Positions 10,770 through 20,937 of a stretch of DNA of 64,000 nt are shown here, piece by piece. The stretch lies in IMG/VR virus record IMGVR_UViG_3300011989_000257, positions 128,001 to 192,000 of that record; one strand, given 5' to 3'. The translations under genes were made by a program, and so were the position numbers. The notes beneath the pieces are model-generated. The model made no database searches and was not told where the DNA came from. It saw only the letters and a list, made by a program, of their open reading frames with translations. This stretch comes from a virus. Its lineage: Duplodnaviria > Caudoviricetes. Position 1 is the stretch's first letter; the number at the start of each line of letters is the position of its first letter.

Positions 10770-12548
10770 TTATGCATAGTAGCCACAATCTAATCCGTCG
10801 AATTTAAGCGTAATGCCACCATTATTGCTTGTTTCAACTATAATTGGGGTTTCTGCTGCGCCAGTAGAAGGAGCGCTAGATAATGTTAATGCAGCAACAT
10901 TATCAGTTACTGTGACGCCACTTCCATTAACTGTAATACCACTTATATATTCATCTTCAACCTTATCAAGTCTTGTATCAAGGTCATTCAATGCCTCAGC
11001 GGTAACTCTCTCGTTCTCAGTGATAACGGCATTTGTCTTCTCAAATGCAGTTGCAATTGAATCAGATGTAGCAATACCACTCAATGCACTAGCAGAATCA
11101 GCAGAGAATCCACTCATCTGAATCTTGTCAGCATCAGTTGCAAGGTCAATTTCCTTTGTACCATCAGCAACATTTCCTGGAGTTACCGTTACACTGCCAT
11201 TGGCTGATTTAACATCTGTAATTGTCTTTGCACTAAGTGCTGCAAGGTCATCAGCGTTTGCGATGTTATCTTCCTCAACATTTACAGTTGTGATAACACC
11301 ATCTGCCTCAACTACGTTAACTTTAATATGCTCTGTAGTACCACTTACATCTGCATCAAGGCCACTAACAGCAGTATTAATTGCGTCTTGTACACCAGCA
11401 AGTTTGAAGCCATCAGCACCAACAGTCAAGAATGACTCAGAAGTTTGGTCAACAACACCGTGAGCAATACCATCTGTTACAGTTACACCACTTGCGAACT
11501 CAGTTTCAAGAACAAGTTCTGACATATCAACATATGTGGTCTGAGTGTTACCGCTTGCATCAATGTATACATACTCAAGATTCTGAGCGTGTTCACCTTC
11601 TGTAATATAAGTAATGCTTACAATGTGGCTGTCCTTGTAAATCTGAACTGGAGCACCAATTGTATTGCCGCTAGCACCAATAAGACGATATTCTTCCTTA
11701 ACTATTTCAGAAAGACCAGTAGTTACCTTCTGAATTGTCAATAGTGAACTAACCGTTTTATTGTTCTGTGCATCAGCAGCAGAAATGTGAATTGTGTCCT
11801 CATCGCCAACATACTGCGTAAGTGCAGCAGAAGCAACACTAATCACACCAGTATCAGTATCGGCAACAAGAGTTTCGCCATCGATATTAACCTTGAAGTC
11901 AACACCATTACCTTCTACCAAATCACTGATTACAACAGTCTTATCAGAAGATTCGATAGTACCCTTAGTGACAGCAATTTCACCCTTGTCCTCAGATACA
12001 CTCATTACAACCTTCTTAGACTCAACCTCGCCAGTTACAGTTGGAAGGGTTGCTGTTGTTGCAGATACAATACCATCAGACTGTGTTACGTTTGTTACAT
12101 AAACACCTGTACCAGTTGTAACACCAGTGTAATCCATCTGACTCTTTAATTCATCAGCGTATCTCTTAGCACCTTCAACAGATGTCTCAGCACTTGTTGA
12201 ACTGCCATTACCACTTAAAGCAGTAAGTTGTGCTGTAACTGTCTCTGAAGCACCAGAGCCAATGCCGTTACCAAGTTTTGCATTAATCTCTTTTCTTAAT
12301 GCCTCAACGTCCTCGCTTCCACCTTCAACGTCAATGATTGTCAAGTGGTGTGTTTCACCTACCACTGCGACATATCCAACGATTGTCTTAACCTCACCAC
12401 TTACGGTGTAACGAGCAAGCAATGAAGTACCGTCTTCTGCTATACCCTTATTGTTCTCCAAAGCGGTACGTGCGGCTTCACGTGACTCAAAAGGATTTTG
12501 GTTTCTTAAGAACTTAACGTTCTCTACATTGTTTTTAATTATAGCCAT
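10770..12548 (-). CDS. Putative tail/fibre structural protein
   Basis: 592 aa, T/S/V/G-rich. Shares ENERVTAEALNDL motif with the fibre 975..4742. Ends LDCGYY. Confidence 0.6.
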   Translation of the reverse strand: MAIIKNNVENVKFLRNQNPFESREAARTALENNKGIAEDGTSLLARYTVSGEVKTIVGYVAVVGETHHLTIIDVEGGSEDVEALRKEINAKLGNGIGSGASETVTAQLTALSGNGSSTSAETSVEGAKRYADELKSQMDYTGVTTGTGVYVTNVTQSDGIVSATTATLPTVTGEVESKKVVMSVSEDKGEIAVTKGTIESSDKTVVISDLVEGNGVDFKVNIDGETLVADTDTGVISVASAALTQYVGDEDTIHISAADAQNNKTVSSLLTIQKVTTGLSEIVKEEYRLIGASGNTIGAPVQIYKDSHIVSITYITEGEHAQNLEYVYIDASGNTQTTYVDMSELVLETEFASGVTVTDGIAHGVVDQTSESFLTVGADGFKLAGVQDAINTAVSGLDADVSGTTEHIKVNVVEADGVITTVNVEEDNIANADDLAALSAKTITDVKSANGSVTVTPGNVADGTKEIDLATDADKIQMSGFSADSASALSGIATSDSIATAFEKTNAVITENERVTAEALNDLDTRLDKVEDEYISGITVNGSGVTVTDNVAALTLSSAPSTGAAETPIIVETSNNGGITLKFDGLDCGYYA

Positions 12549-12629
12549 AATTTTTTAAATGTTTATTAATTTATTCTAATTTTATGTTAATAATAAATAT
12601 TTCATTGCTATACAAAAGTATAACATTTA

Positions 12630-13379
12630 TTATTGTTCTACCTTAGTCCAATTGTACTTGCCTAAGTAATAATCATCTGTACTCATCCATGTATCATAAC
12701 CACTGCTACCACTTGGTACTGTTAATGTACCACCTGTCTTAACATTTAGGAATGTATTACTTTGTATTGTAGGAGCAGTCATAGCATTAGACACTATATT
12801 TGTAAGGCTACCGTTACTATCGAAAGCGCTAGAGCCAATGCTTGTAACGCTATCAGGTATAGTTATACTTGTTAAATTATAACAGCCACTGAAAGCAGCC
12901 TCACCAATATTTGTAACACTATCAGGTATATCTATACTTATTAAACCACTACAACTAATGAAAACAGCTTTACTAATATTTATAACACCATTTGGTATAA
13001 TAACTTCTATCAAATTACCATTACTAAACACAGGCGTTTGATTACCTAATTTGGTTTTATCATATAATTCATACTTAACTGTATGAACACCTGTTGTGTC
13101 AAATGTATACTCAGTCACAAGCTCATCTAACATAACACCATCAATCTCCATTGACTTAAATATATTCTGCTCAAAGTTTGTTCTTAATGCTGTTGGATTG
13201 CTTGTATCAGTCACATTATACACCGCAATCAACTTTGGGTCAGAAGGTGGTTCTGGACTTGATGGGTTATATTCCACTCCATTTGTCTCATCAATCAATG
13301 ACACATTTGGTAACATTAAGCTACTCTGTGCTGCCTCATAAGCAGCCTGTGTCGCAAATTCTCTTAAATAAACTGCCAT
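12630..13379 (-). CDS. BspA-type leucine-rich-repeat (LRR_5) protein with N-terminal anchor module
   Basis: Repeats IPDSVTNIGEAAFSGCYNLTSITIPDSVTSIGSSAF. N-terminus MAVYLREF...LPNVSL...VEY. Confidence 0.85.
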   Translation of the reverse strand: MAVYLREFATQAAYEAAQSSLMLPNVSLIDETNGVEYNPSSPEPPSDPKLIAVYNVTDTSNPTALRTNFEQNIFKSMEIDGVMLDELVTEYTFDTTGVHTVKYELYDKTKLGNQTPVFSNGNLIEVIIPNGVINISKAVFISCSGLISIDIPDSVTNIGEAAFSGCYNLTSITIPDSVTSIGSSAFDSNGSLTNIVSNAMTAPTIQSNTFLNVKTGGTLTVPSGSSGYDTWMSTDDYYLGKYNWTKVEQ

Positions 13380-13434
13380 AATTTTCTTAAATATTTAATC
13401 TGTTATTATTATTTCATTTTATAATGTCCTCATA

Positions 13435-13533
13435 TCAAAGTGGAAATACTTGCACGCTTGGAACAACGAACTCTTCTGAAGCAATATATTCCAAATATTC
13501 CTCGTGATTATTAAACAATCTTAGATATTTCAT
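13435..13533 (-). pseudogene. Truncated anchor-module-only ORF (32 aa)
   Basis: MKYLRLFNNHEEYLEYIASEEFVVPSVQVFPL* matches the first ~25 aa of the shared anchor module, then stops. It has its own late motif at 13555. Confidence 0.6.
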
Positions 13534-13613
13534 ACTTTAACTTTTTTCTTTCTCTATAAATATCATAAGGAATATAAAAAAGAGCAATCATTAAGTTGAT
13601 TGCTCTTGATATA

Positions 13614-14372
13614 TTATTCACCAATAACACCACGAACGGGGTAGGCGATATAGCGGCTGCTGTAGACATTACAAGTCACGTAGCCACTGTTGTTGAAGTT
13701 CAAGGTGTAAGCGTTCTTAACATTATTGCTGTAAAGTGAACTTGACCGATAGTTGCCGATACTACCTACAAACTTAACACTACCATCATTACACCTGCCA
13801 GCAGCAGGGAAGAACAATGTCTTGGAAGAGTCAGTTTTATCTGTAAACATTATACCACTAACTGTTACATTATCAATAGTGATTGAAGTCCAAGCATTAG
13901 TTGTCGCATCAATCAATGATTGAAACTCATCTTTTGTTGGCATTCTCCAACTGCCACCCAAATTGGCTATTACAGCATCATCAACAGATTCAAGCACTGT
14001 CTTGCCATCACTTGAGTTATACTTGGTTATATCACTTTCAGAACCGTTTGCAAGTTCATAATCAGCCCAACTGAATACCCTGCAACCACCAGTCACTTGG
14101 TCAGCAGTGAAACCATTAACGCCACCCCAAGAAAAATACTGACCATAGTCAGTTATTGTCTTTGCACCAACGTTCTTTGTTGCCCACTTAACACCACCAA
14201 TCTTAACCCATTCATAAGTGGTTTCGACCTTCTCACTTATGCAAGGGTCAACCCAAGGTTTATAATGTACAGCATTATTATCCAAGGTCAATGATACATT
14301 AGGTAGAATCAACCCACTTTCCGCTGCTTCATAAGCGGCTTGTGTTTCAAATTGTTTTAAATAAATTGCCAT
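13614..14372 (-). CDS. C-type-lectin-like (Fib_succ_major-like) protein with anchor module and DGR-VR-like C-terminus
   Basis: KIGGVKWATKNVGA, WRMPT, LFFPAAG, GNYRSSS...NAYTLNFNN...PVRGV. 3' end rich in AAC/NAC/ANC codons. Confidence 0.75.
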   Translation of the reverse strand: MAIYLKQFETQAAYEAAESGLILPNVSLTLDNNAVHYKPWVDPCISEKVETTYEWVKIGGVKWATKNVGAKTITDYGQYFSWGGVNGFTADQVTGGCRVFSWADYELANGSESDITKYNSSDGKTVLESVDDAVIANLGGSWRMPTKDEFQSLIDATTNAWTSITIDNVTVSGIMFTDKTDSSKTLFFPAAGRCNDGSVKFVGSIGNYRSSSLYSNNVKNAYTLNFNNSGYVTCNVYSSRYIAYPVRGVIGE

Positions 14373-14488
14373 AATTCTTTATTTGATATTTTTAATAAAT
14401 TATTTTCATTATAGATAAATATTTCACGCATAAACAAAAATGGGATAACCAATCAAGATTATCCCATTTATTATAGATTATGCATTCA

Positions 14489-16264
14489 TTAAGCATCCTT
14501 CTTAACTGTATATACAGTACTATCGCCATCTTGTGATATCTCAACGTGATAACCTTCAGCAACAAAGTTCGTATGCTCACCTTCAGCACTATTATCAGCA
14601 GGGTTGAAGTCATAGAACTTACCACCAGTTACAACAATCTTTGCAGTACCTGCTTTATAGTTTGCATCATAACAGTTCAATAAGAATTTCTTATCCTCAC
14701 CGTTGTTCTTGAATATACCATCTGTGATATTGATAGTTCCAAGGTAACAGTAAATCAACTCGCCACCACTTCTATCAGTAGTATATGTTGGTCTTCCAAA
14801 CATTGTTCCGCTAAGTGTAACAACACAGTCAGCGCCATCAGTCTCAACCGCAACACGTCCACCAGCATCTATTGTACCGCTACCGCCAATGTTAACCTGC
14901 TGCTTATTTCTGAACATCATAGCTGGGCTGCTTGTTGAAGAGCCAGTGAATGTTACAGTCTTACCGCCAAGATTCAACTTAACAATGTTCTTTGCTGTTA
15001 TACCTGCTGTAATAGTACCAGTAGTAATATCCTCAGTCAACTTAGCCTCACCACTCTTACTCTTCAACATAGTATCCAATGTACTGTCTGCTGGGATAGA
15101 ATAAGTAGTTGCATAGTAAAGGTCAAGTACCATATCATTCAATCTGTCATATGCTGCCTGGATTTCATCTATTTCTGCATCCTTTGTTGCAAGCAATTCA
15201 TCAACATCTTCCTTTGTATAGGTTGTTTCCTTGTCAGCCTTCAAGTCAATTGCTGCCTGCAAATCTGTTTCAGCAGATATTGCCCTTTCTTTCTCTGCTT
15301 CAATGCTTTCGGTAACTGCGCTAGCATCTGCCTTTGTTGCAATTATTGCATCTTGTGCTTCATCTGCTGCGATTCTTGCAGTTTCTTCTGTTGCGATTGC
15401 AGTCACATTTGCATCAATGCCAGCTTGCAAAGCATCATCCTTTCCGTCAACCTCACCCTTTGTATAGAAATCAGTTGGAATCTCAGATTTATCAGCCTTA
15501 AGTGCAAGTGCTGCATCAACATCTGCCGAATTAGCTTTCAAATTGATTGCATCCTGCAAACCAGTCTCAGCAGAAAGTGCCCTCTGAGCCTCGTTCTCAA
15601 CCTCAGCAGATACATTGTCCACAGCGCCTGAAATAGCCTCGTCAAAAGCCTTTAAAGCGCTTACAGAAGCATCAACTTCTGCTTTAGTTGCAAGATAAGA
15701 AACATCTTGATGCTCTGTTAAATAATTCTTACTCTCAACCCATGCTTCTGTCGCATATCCATCCAATGAAGGAATGTCTGCCTTATCCGCTTTAGTTTCT
15801 AATTTGGCATCAACATCAGCAATCTTTGCATAGTCATCCAAATCACTAACGTTTGCTTTTTCGTTTAAAAAGCCATCAACCTCATCTTTTGTATAATACA
15901 AATCTTTATTAAACAATTCTTTTAGGTCAATGTCAATTTCTTCTTTTCCACTTTCAGTATTGAAAATTATTCTTAGGGTAGTGCCATCAAGCTCAACAGA
16001 TTCAATCATTCCATCTTTGACGAAATCTATTGCGTCAATTTCTGCAACTTTATTTCCGTTTGCTGTAAAAACAATTTTTTTGGAATCGCTGTCATATTTA
16101 GCCTCATCAAATTTTGCATTTTTGAGTTCATCAATGTCTTTAAATTCCTTTTCATCATTCTTTTTACTTTCAGCTAACTCATTGTCAACTATTGTTTTCT
16201 TACTAATGTAATCGTTTTCGTCCCTGTAACCCCAAGGCTCATACATTCTAGTTCTTCTTTTCAT
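14489..16264 (-). CDS. Putative tail fibre (coiled-coil shaft plus beta-rich C-terminal domain)
   Basis: KAD/YTK.EVD repeats. IDAIDFVKDGMIESV...FNT..GK module shared with 975..4742. Confidence 0.65.
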   Translation of the reverse strand: MKRRTRMYEPWGYRDENDYISKKTIVDNELAESKKNDEKEFKDIDELKNAKFDEAKYDSDSKKIVFTANGNKVAEIDAIDFVKDGMIESVELDGTTLRIIFNTESGKEEIDIDLKELFNKDLYYTKDEVDGFLNEKANVSDLDDYAKIADVDAKLETKADKADIPSLDGYATEAWVESKNYLTEHQDVSYLATKAEVDASVSALKAFDEAISGAVDNVSAEVENEAQRALSAETGLQDAINLKANSADVDAALALKADKSEIPTDFYTKGEVDGKDDALQAGIDANVTAIATEETARIAADEAQDAIIATKADASAVTESIEAEKERAISAETDLQAAIDLKADKETTYTKEDVDELLATKDAEIDEIQAAYDRLNDMVLDLYYATTYSIPADSTLDTMLKSKSGEAKLTEDITTGTITAGITAKNIVKLNLGGKTVTFTGSSTSSPAMMFRNKQQVNIGGSGTIDAGGRVAVETDGADCVVTLSGTMFGRPTYTTDRSGGELIYCYLGTINITDGIFKNNGEDKKFLLNCYDANYKAGTAKIVVTGGKFYDFNPADNSAEGEHTNFVAEGYHVEISQDGDSTVYTVKKDA

Positions 16265-16299
16265 TGTGATATGATATTTTATAAAAATTATTATCTGAA

Positions 16300-18624
16300 T
16301 TAATCTCCGTCAAAGAAATGACTGTTATGTGCTGAATCATTGTCATATATCTCATGGGCAATCTGTCCAAGTAGTTTGTTCACGTTCATGAACTCACCCT
16401 CAACCCAAAGATACAAGTCACCATTCTTCATTATCTCAACGGCATTGTTTCTGTTGGCATCATCAGTACCTATACCTACGCTGAATACTGTTTGTCCTGA
16501 AGGGTCTTCACTTTCATGGCTTATATTATATTCACCGAATGCAACCTCATGCTCACCATTGGTAACAAGAGTTTCATTATTCTTATAACCAAGTTTCCCA
16601 ATTAGTACTGCAAGTGCTGTATCAAGGTTAAAAACATCACCGCTAATTGCCTCAATATTCTCAGTATTAGCGCTTACTCTGTCACTAATGTCGGTATATG
16701 CTGACACGTCAAGTTTTTCATCAAGAAGTGCATCAGTCTCTTCTTTCTTATAATAGTCATCAAGGATTAATATTTCACTTATTGGCACAATCGTCTGTTT
16801 CTCACCATCAACGGTCATATATGTGATGATAAGATTGCCATCCTTAATTTCTATAGACTTGATTGTTCCATGTGTCTGTTCAAATTCATGAAATTCCCTA
16901 TGAAGAACATCAAGTATGCCATTTCCACTATCATCATAATCATCGGGGTTGCTTCCCTCCCACTCAGTGATTGCGTGTATTATGGTAGCGTTATGCGCAA
17001 TGGATTCCTTGGCAATTATTAAATCATTGCGAACCTCAGCAACATCATCAGAGATAAGGTTTTCCTGTCTAGTGGCTCTTTCAGTTTCAGCGTTAATCTT
17101 CGAATTGTAATCGCTTGTTATGATGCCCTTTTCTTCAGAAATCCTATCTTCAACATATCCAGTTGTTGCATATTTCGTTAGTTTCTGATTGATTTCGTCT
17201 TCAAGTTCTGAAAGTTCGGTACTGAAACCAGCAACGGCATCATCGGTATATGTTTCTGCGCTACTGATTGCTTGGCGTCTCATTTCCTTTGCAAAGTTCT
17301 TTGCGCCCCATATGGTATCAGCATCTCTGCTATCGCTTTCATCGCCTATAAGGTCAAGGTCTCCTTGTATTCTGTCAGCAATCTCTTTTGTAAGACCTGT
17401 TTCAACGGCATTGATTCTGCCATCGAATGCATCTACCTTCTCAACAGCCTCTTGAACATCTTCTTCAAGTGAATCAATCTTTGTTTGCATTAAATTGTCA
17501 ACAGTCGTTGACCTTTCAATTTCCCGATTAAGTCTATCTTCGATGGAGTCAACCTTGCCGCTAACTGTCTCAAGGTCAGTCTTATCAGCCTTTTTCTCGT
17601 CAAGTTCATTGAACTTGCACTCCATTTCAGTATGAAGTTCTTGGAGGTCTGAAACATTGGCCTTTGTATCTAATACATCATATATGTTTGCTATATCTGC
17701 TGTATTTGCGCTGACTTTTTCTTCAAGTTCGGAAATATCATCTGTGTTTTTCTGCACATCTTCTTCAAGTGCATCTATTGCTTCGCTATTTGCGCTAACA
17801 GCCTCAGCAATGTCTGCCATATCATTTGTGATGTCATCGATTTTTTCATTTGCATCATCGATTGCATCGTTAATTTCAGACAAAGCACTTGTAACTTCCC
17901 CACTGAATGCATCAACCTTTTCATCCACTTCATTGATTTTACTAGTGGTTTCTGCTGATACAGCATCAATTTTTTCATCGATATCATTCAGTTCATCTTC
18001 GATTTGCGTGAACCCACTTTCAATGATGTCAGTAACGTCTTCAATGTCTTCTATCTTAGCGTACATTGAATCACCGCTTTCTGCTGTGAGATAGCCTTGT
18101 TCCTTTACCCATTCTTGTGTTGCGAACGTCTCGCCGCTAGGAATTCTTTCATCAATTTCAGCCTTCGTGTACACATCATTACGGTGTGCGAATTCTGCAT
18201 CCGCATACCTTGTATAAGCGTTGAATCCTTGTCTTAATTCTGCGAGGTTGAATGCGGTATATCCAGATAACTCTTCAAGGTCGTTGATGGTGTCATCAAC
18301 AGCATCTGTTATTGCGCTTAATTGCTCAGCAAATTCATCGTCAACTGCTTTAAGTTCTTCTATGTCCCCAGACATACCACTTATAGCTTCAGCAAACGCT
18401 TCATTGACTTCACTTTGTGCAGCAATTAAGTTCTCCACGGTTCCAGAAAGTTCGAGCAAGTCTTTCTTATCTGCCTTCTCGCCTTCAAGGTCTTGGATTT
18501 CTTCATCTTGTTCCTTGTTCTTCTCACGGATATCTGACAAGTCGATATCTTCGAAACCAGCATATTTGTTCTGGTCTGGGAAGCCATAGAACTCCAAATG
18601 TCTTATAAATTGCTTTTTAGCCAT
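16300..18624 (-). CDS. Acidic coiled-coil fibre/structural protein
   Basis: Long heptad-rich acidic region. C-terminal GEYN...VFSVGIG...RNNAVEIMKNGDLY resembles the module in 975..4742. Confidence 0.65.
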   Translation of the reverse strand: MAKKQFIRHLEFYGFPDQNKYAGFEDIDLSDIREKNKEQDEEIQDLEGEKADKKDLLELSGTVENLIAAQSEVNEAFAEAISGMSGDIEELKAVDDEFAEQLSAITDAVDDTINDLEELSGYTAFNLAELRQGFNAYTRYADAEFAHRNDVYTKAEIDERIPSGETFATQEWVKEQGYLTAESGDSMYAKIEDIEDVTDIIESGFTQIEDELNDIDEKIDAVSAETTSKINEVDEKVDAFSGEVTSALSEINDAIDDANEKIDDITNDMADIAEAVSANSEAIDALEEDVQKNTDDISELEEKVSANTADIANIYDVLDTKANVSDLQELHTEMECKFNELDEKKADKTDLETVSGKVDSIEDRLNREIERSTTVDNLMQTKIDSLEEDVQEAVEKVDAFDGRINAVETGLTKEIADRIQGDLDLIGDESDSRDADTIWGAKNFAKEMRRQAISSAETYTDDAVAGFSTELSELEDEINQKLTKYATTGYVEDRISEEKGIITSDYNSKINAETERATRQENLISDDVAEVRNDLIIAKESIAHNATIIHAITEWEGSNPDDYDDSGNGILDVLHREFHEFEQTHGTIKSIEIKDGNLIITYMTVDGEKQTIVPISEILILDDYYKKEETDALLDEKLDVSAYTDISDRVSANTENIEAISGDVFNLDTALAVLIGKLGYKNNETLVTNGEHEVAFGEYNISHESEDPSGQTVFSVGIGTDDANRNNAVEIMKNGDLYLWVEGEFMNVNKLLGQIAHEIYDNDSAHNSHFFDGD

Positions 18625-18755
18625 AATTCTTTAAATATTTTAATTACGTAATTTACTATAAATAGTTAAAAAATATTAAAAGGGTATTTATTACCTTAAT
18701 AAATTTGGATGTTCCAAATATTTTTCGTATATTTGCATTAGAAATCATAAATGTT

Positions 18756-18998
18756 ATGAGATTATCAAATAAAAAATTACAAGAACGTTGTTGGCAAGAT
18801 GCCCAAGCTGTTTCTGACGAAATTAATGAATCAATTGTTTACGATGACCAAAAAGACAAATTCTTTACAGAGTCAAAGTATAGGATAGAATGCGAGAAGG
18901 TTGTATTGGCTTACAAAGACAAATACACTGAAGAAGATTGGCAAAGAGATAAATCAAACAATCACTTATTTTGGTATCATCCAAGAAAAAAGGAATAG
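18756..18998 (+). CDS. Hypothetical protein
   Basis: ORF downstream of a host-type promoter (18704-18737). Start reassigned to MRLSNKK. Confidence 0.65.
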   Translation: MRLSNKKLQERCWQDAQAVSDEINESIVYDDQKDKFFTESKYRIECEKVVLAYKDKYTEEDWQRDKSNNHLFWYHPRKKE

Positions 18999-19024
18999 CA
19001 TGTCGCTACTCCTTTATTTTTTTT

Positions 19025-20389
19025 TTAATAATTCTCAAAACGTCCACTTTTTGTTGGTTTATTAATTTGATTTCCAACTCCTAAATTATATTTTATTTGC
19101 ATTTCGCCAAATGTAATTGGAATAATGTACTCTATACCCAATTGTTTAGCTTGCATGCAAATATCAGAAAGAGTTGCGCCGCCACTAATATTATCATCAA
19201 AAATAACAAACACAGTACCTTTTATTTTTTCCATTTCTTGTTTTGCTATCTCGGCATTTATTGCAAAATAATTTTTCATACCCATTCTAGCATCGTTACT
19301 AAGTTTTTTAATCTGGAAATCTTGAGGCTGTAATTTATGCATTGGAATTGATTTAGCTTTAGTGCCCCTTAGATAAGGTTTAACAGTCTTCCAAACAAAT
19401 TCTGTTTTTCTTTTTTCTACTTGAGACTTAGTACCCTTTAAAGGAGAATACACAGCATCTCTATGTATGCCACCAATAGAATTTTCTATCTCTTTAAATC
19501 TTTCATATAGCTCTATATAAAACCTAGCCAAAGCCTTACCAAAGTTATCTCCATATGCCTTTCTGTTCATTATGCATCTATCCAATTTTGCATATGCATT
19601 ATTATAAGCGTCAATCAATGGCTTAGTGGTTTCAATTTTAGTAAATCTCTCCAATTCTTTATCTATATAATCATTATGTGTAATATTATTCTCGCCATTT
19701 TTGAACATTCTACTGTTATAATAGTTCTTATTCTTATTTATAAAATCAGTATCTTTTTGTAAATTGGATAAGTTTTTTTGAAATAAATTCATATTAATTT
19801 TAATTACTGGAAGACCATTCAGTTTAACCCTATTTTGCAACTGTGTGGCAACCATATCATTAAAATTACTACTACTATACACTGGATATATAGATACGCC
19901 ACTAAATTTGATTTTTCCTTTAGATTCTTGATACAATTTGTTTGTAACGTGTGAAATAACATTGTTCACTTTTGTATAAAACTGACTAAAAAATGCATTA
20001 TACTCTGGGTCATCCATCCATAATTCATATGATTCCTTTTGTCCATCGCCATCAAGGTCTATATCCATCTTTGCAAACTTATTCTTGAAATAGTGCATTA
20101 TCTCAGTACCTCTAATAGATGTAATGTTATAAGACATAATACCACCCTTTAAAGGAACTTCATAAGTATCTGAATTGTTCTGGTCCATCTTTCCTGTGTT
20201 TAAAAGCTCTAATGGATTCAATGTGCCAAAGTTTTTAGTTGGCGCAGAAGATGCTCTTTTTTTGTAAGATAATTGTATCTTGTTTTTCCCCTTTCTTCCA
20301 CTAGCATAAACATCTTCACCCAACAAACAAACCTTGTTCTCGCTTATATAAACCTTCTTACCGCTATTCTCAATCGTATATAATATCAT
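19025..20389 (-). CDS. Phosphoribosyltransferase-domain protein
   Basis: PRPP-binding loop VFVIFDDNISGGATL near the C-terminus. Confidence 0.65.
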   Translation of the reverse strand: MILYTIENSGKKVYISENKVCLLGEDVYASGRKGKNKIQLSYKKRASSAPTKNFGTLNPLELLNTGKMDQNNSDTYEVPLKGGIMSYNITSIRGTEIMHYFKNKFAKMDIDLDGDGQKESYELWMDDPEYNAFFSQFYTKVNNVISHVTNKLYQESKGKIKFSGVSIYPVYSSSNFNDMVATQLQNRVKLNGLPVIKINMNLFQKNLSNLQKDTDFINKNKNYYNSRMFKNGENNITHNDYIDKELERFTKIETTKPLIDAYNNAYAKLDRCIMNRKAYGDNFGKALARFYIELYERFKEIENSIGGIHRDAVYSPLKGTKSQVEKRKTEFVWKTVKPYLRGTKAKSIPMHKLQPQDFQIKKLSNDARMGMKNYFAINAEIAKQEMEKIKGTVFVIFDDNISGGATLSDICMQAKQLGIEYIIPITFGEMQIKYNLGVGNQINKPTKSGRFENY

Positions 20390-20760
20390 AAAACTCCCTC
20401 TCCTAACACCTTATTTATCGATTCAATGATAGCCTTCCTTATGATAAATGACTCATTTTTCTCCCAATCATAATCTACATTGTCTCTCTCACCATTATAT
20501 GTATAGTAATCACCCATAATTGGATGTTTTCTAGGCTTCTGAGACACTTTCATACCCAAACCTTTATCGTACTCCACAGCTTCGTTAAAATGCCTTGTAA
20601 TGGCTGTAATTAGACTTTGGTCATAACCTATCTTACCACCAAACTGCTTCTTCGTATATCCAAGTTTATTAGCCATATACATAATGGTTTGTGGCTTGAA
20701 CTTATAACATTGTCCCTCAGTTCTGAATCTTTTTATTATTTGATTTATAGTTAAAATCAT
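20386..20760 (-). CDS. Hypothetical protein (C-terminal IIRKAIIESINKVL motif)
   Basis: ORF overlaps the next gene by 4 nt. Late motif at 20785. Confidence 0.65.
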   Translation of the reverse strand: MILTINQIIKRFRTEGQCYKFKPQTIMYMANKLGYTKKQFGGKIGYDQSLITAITRHFNEAVEYDKGLGMKVSQKPRKHPIMGDYYTYNGERDNVDYDWEKNESFIIRKAIIESINKVLGEGVL

Positions 20761-20937
20761 ACCTACTAAAACTATTTATTACTGATAAATATCATATTAT
20801 TTTTAAAAACATTTTTTAACAATTTATTTGTTTTTTAATTTTTTTTAATATATCTTTGCAAAAATTATAAACTGATGACATTCAAATATGTCTCTAAGTT
20901 TAAAGAAAATAACTAAAGCAAACAATTTAAATGGAAA

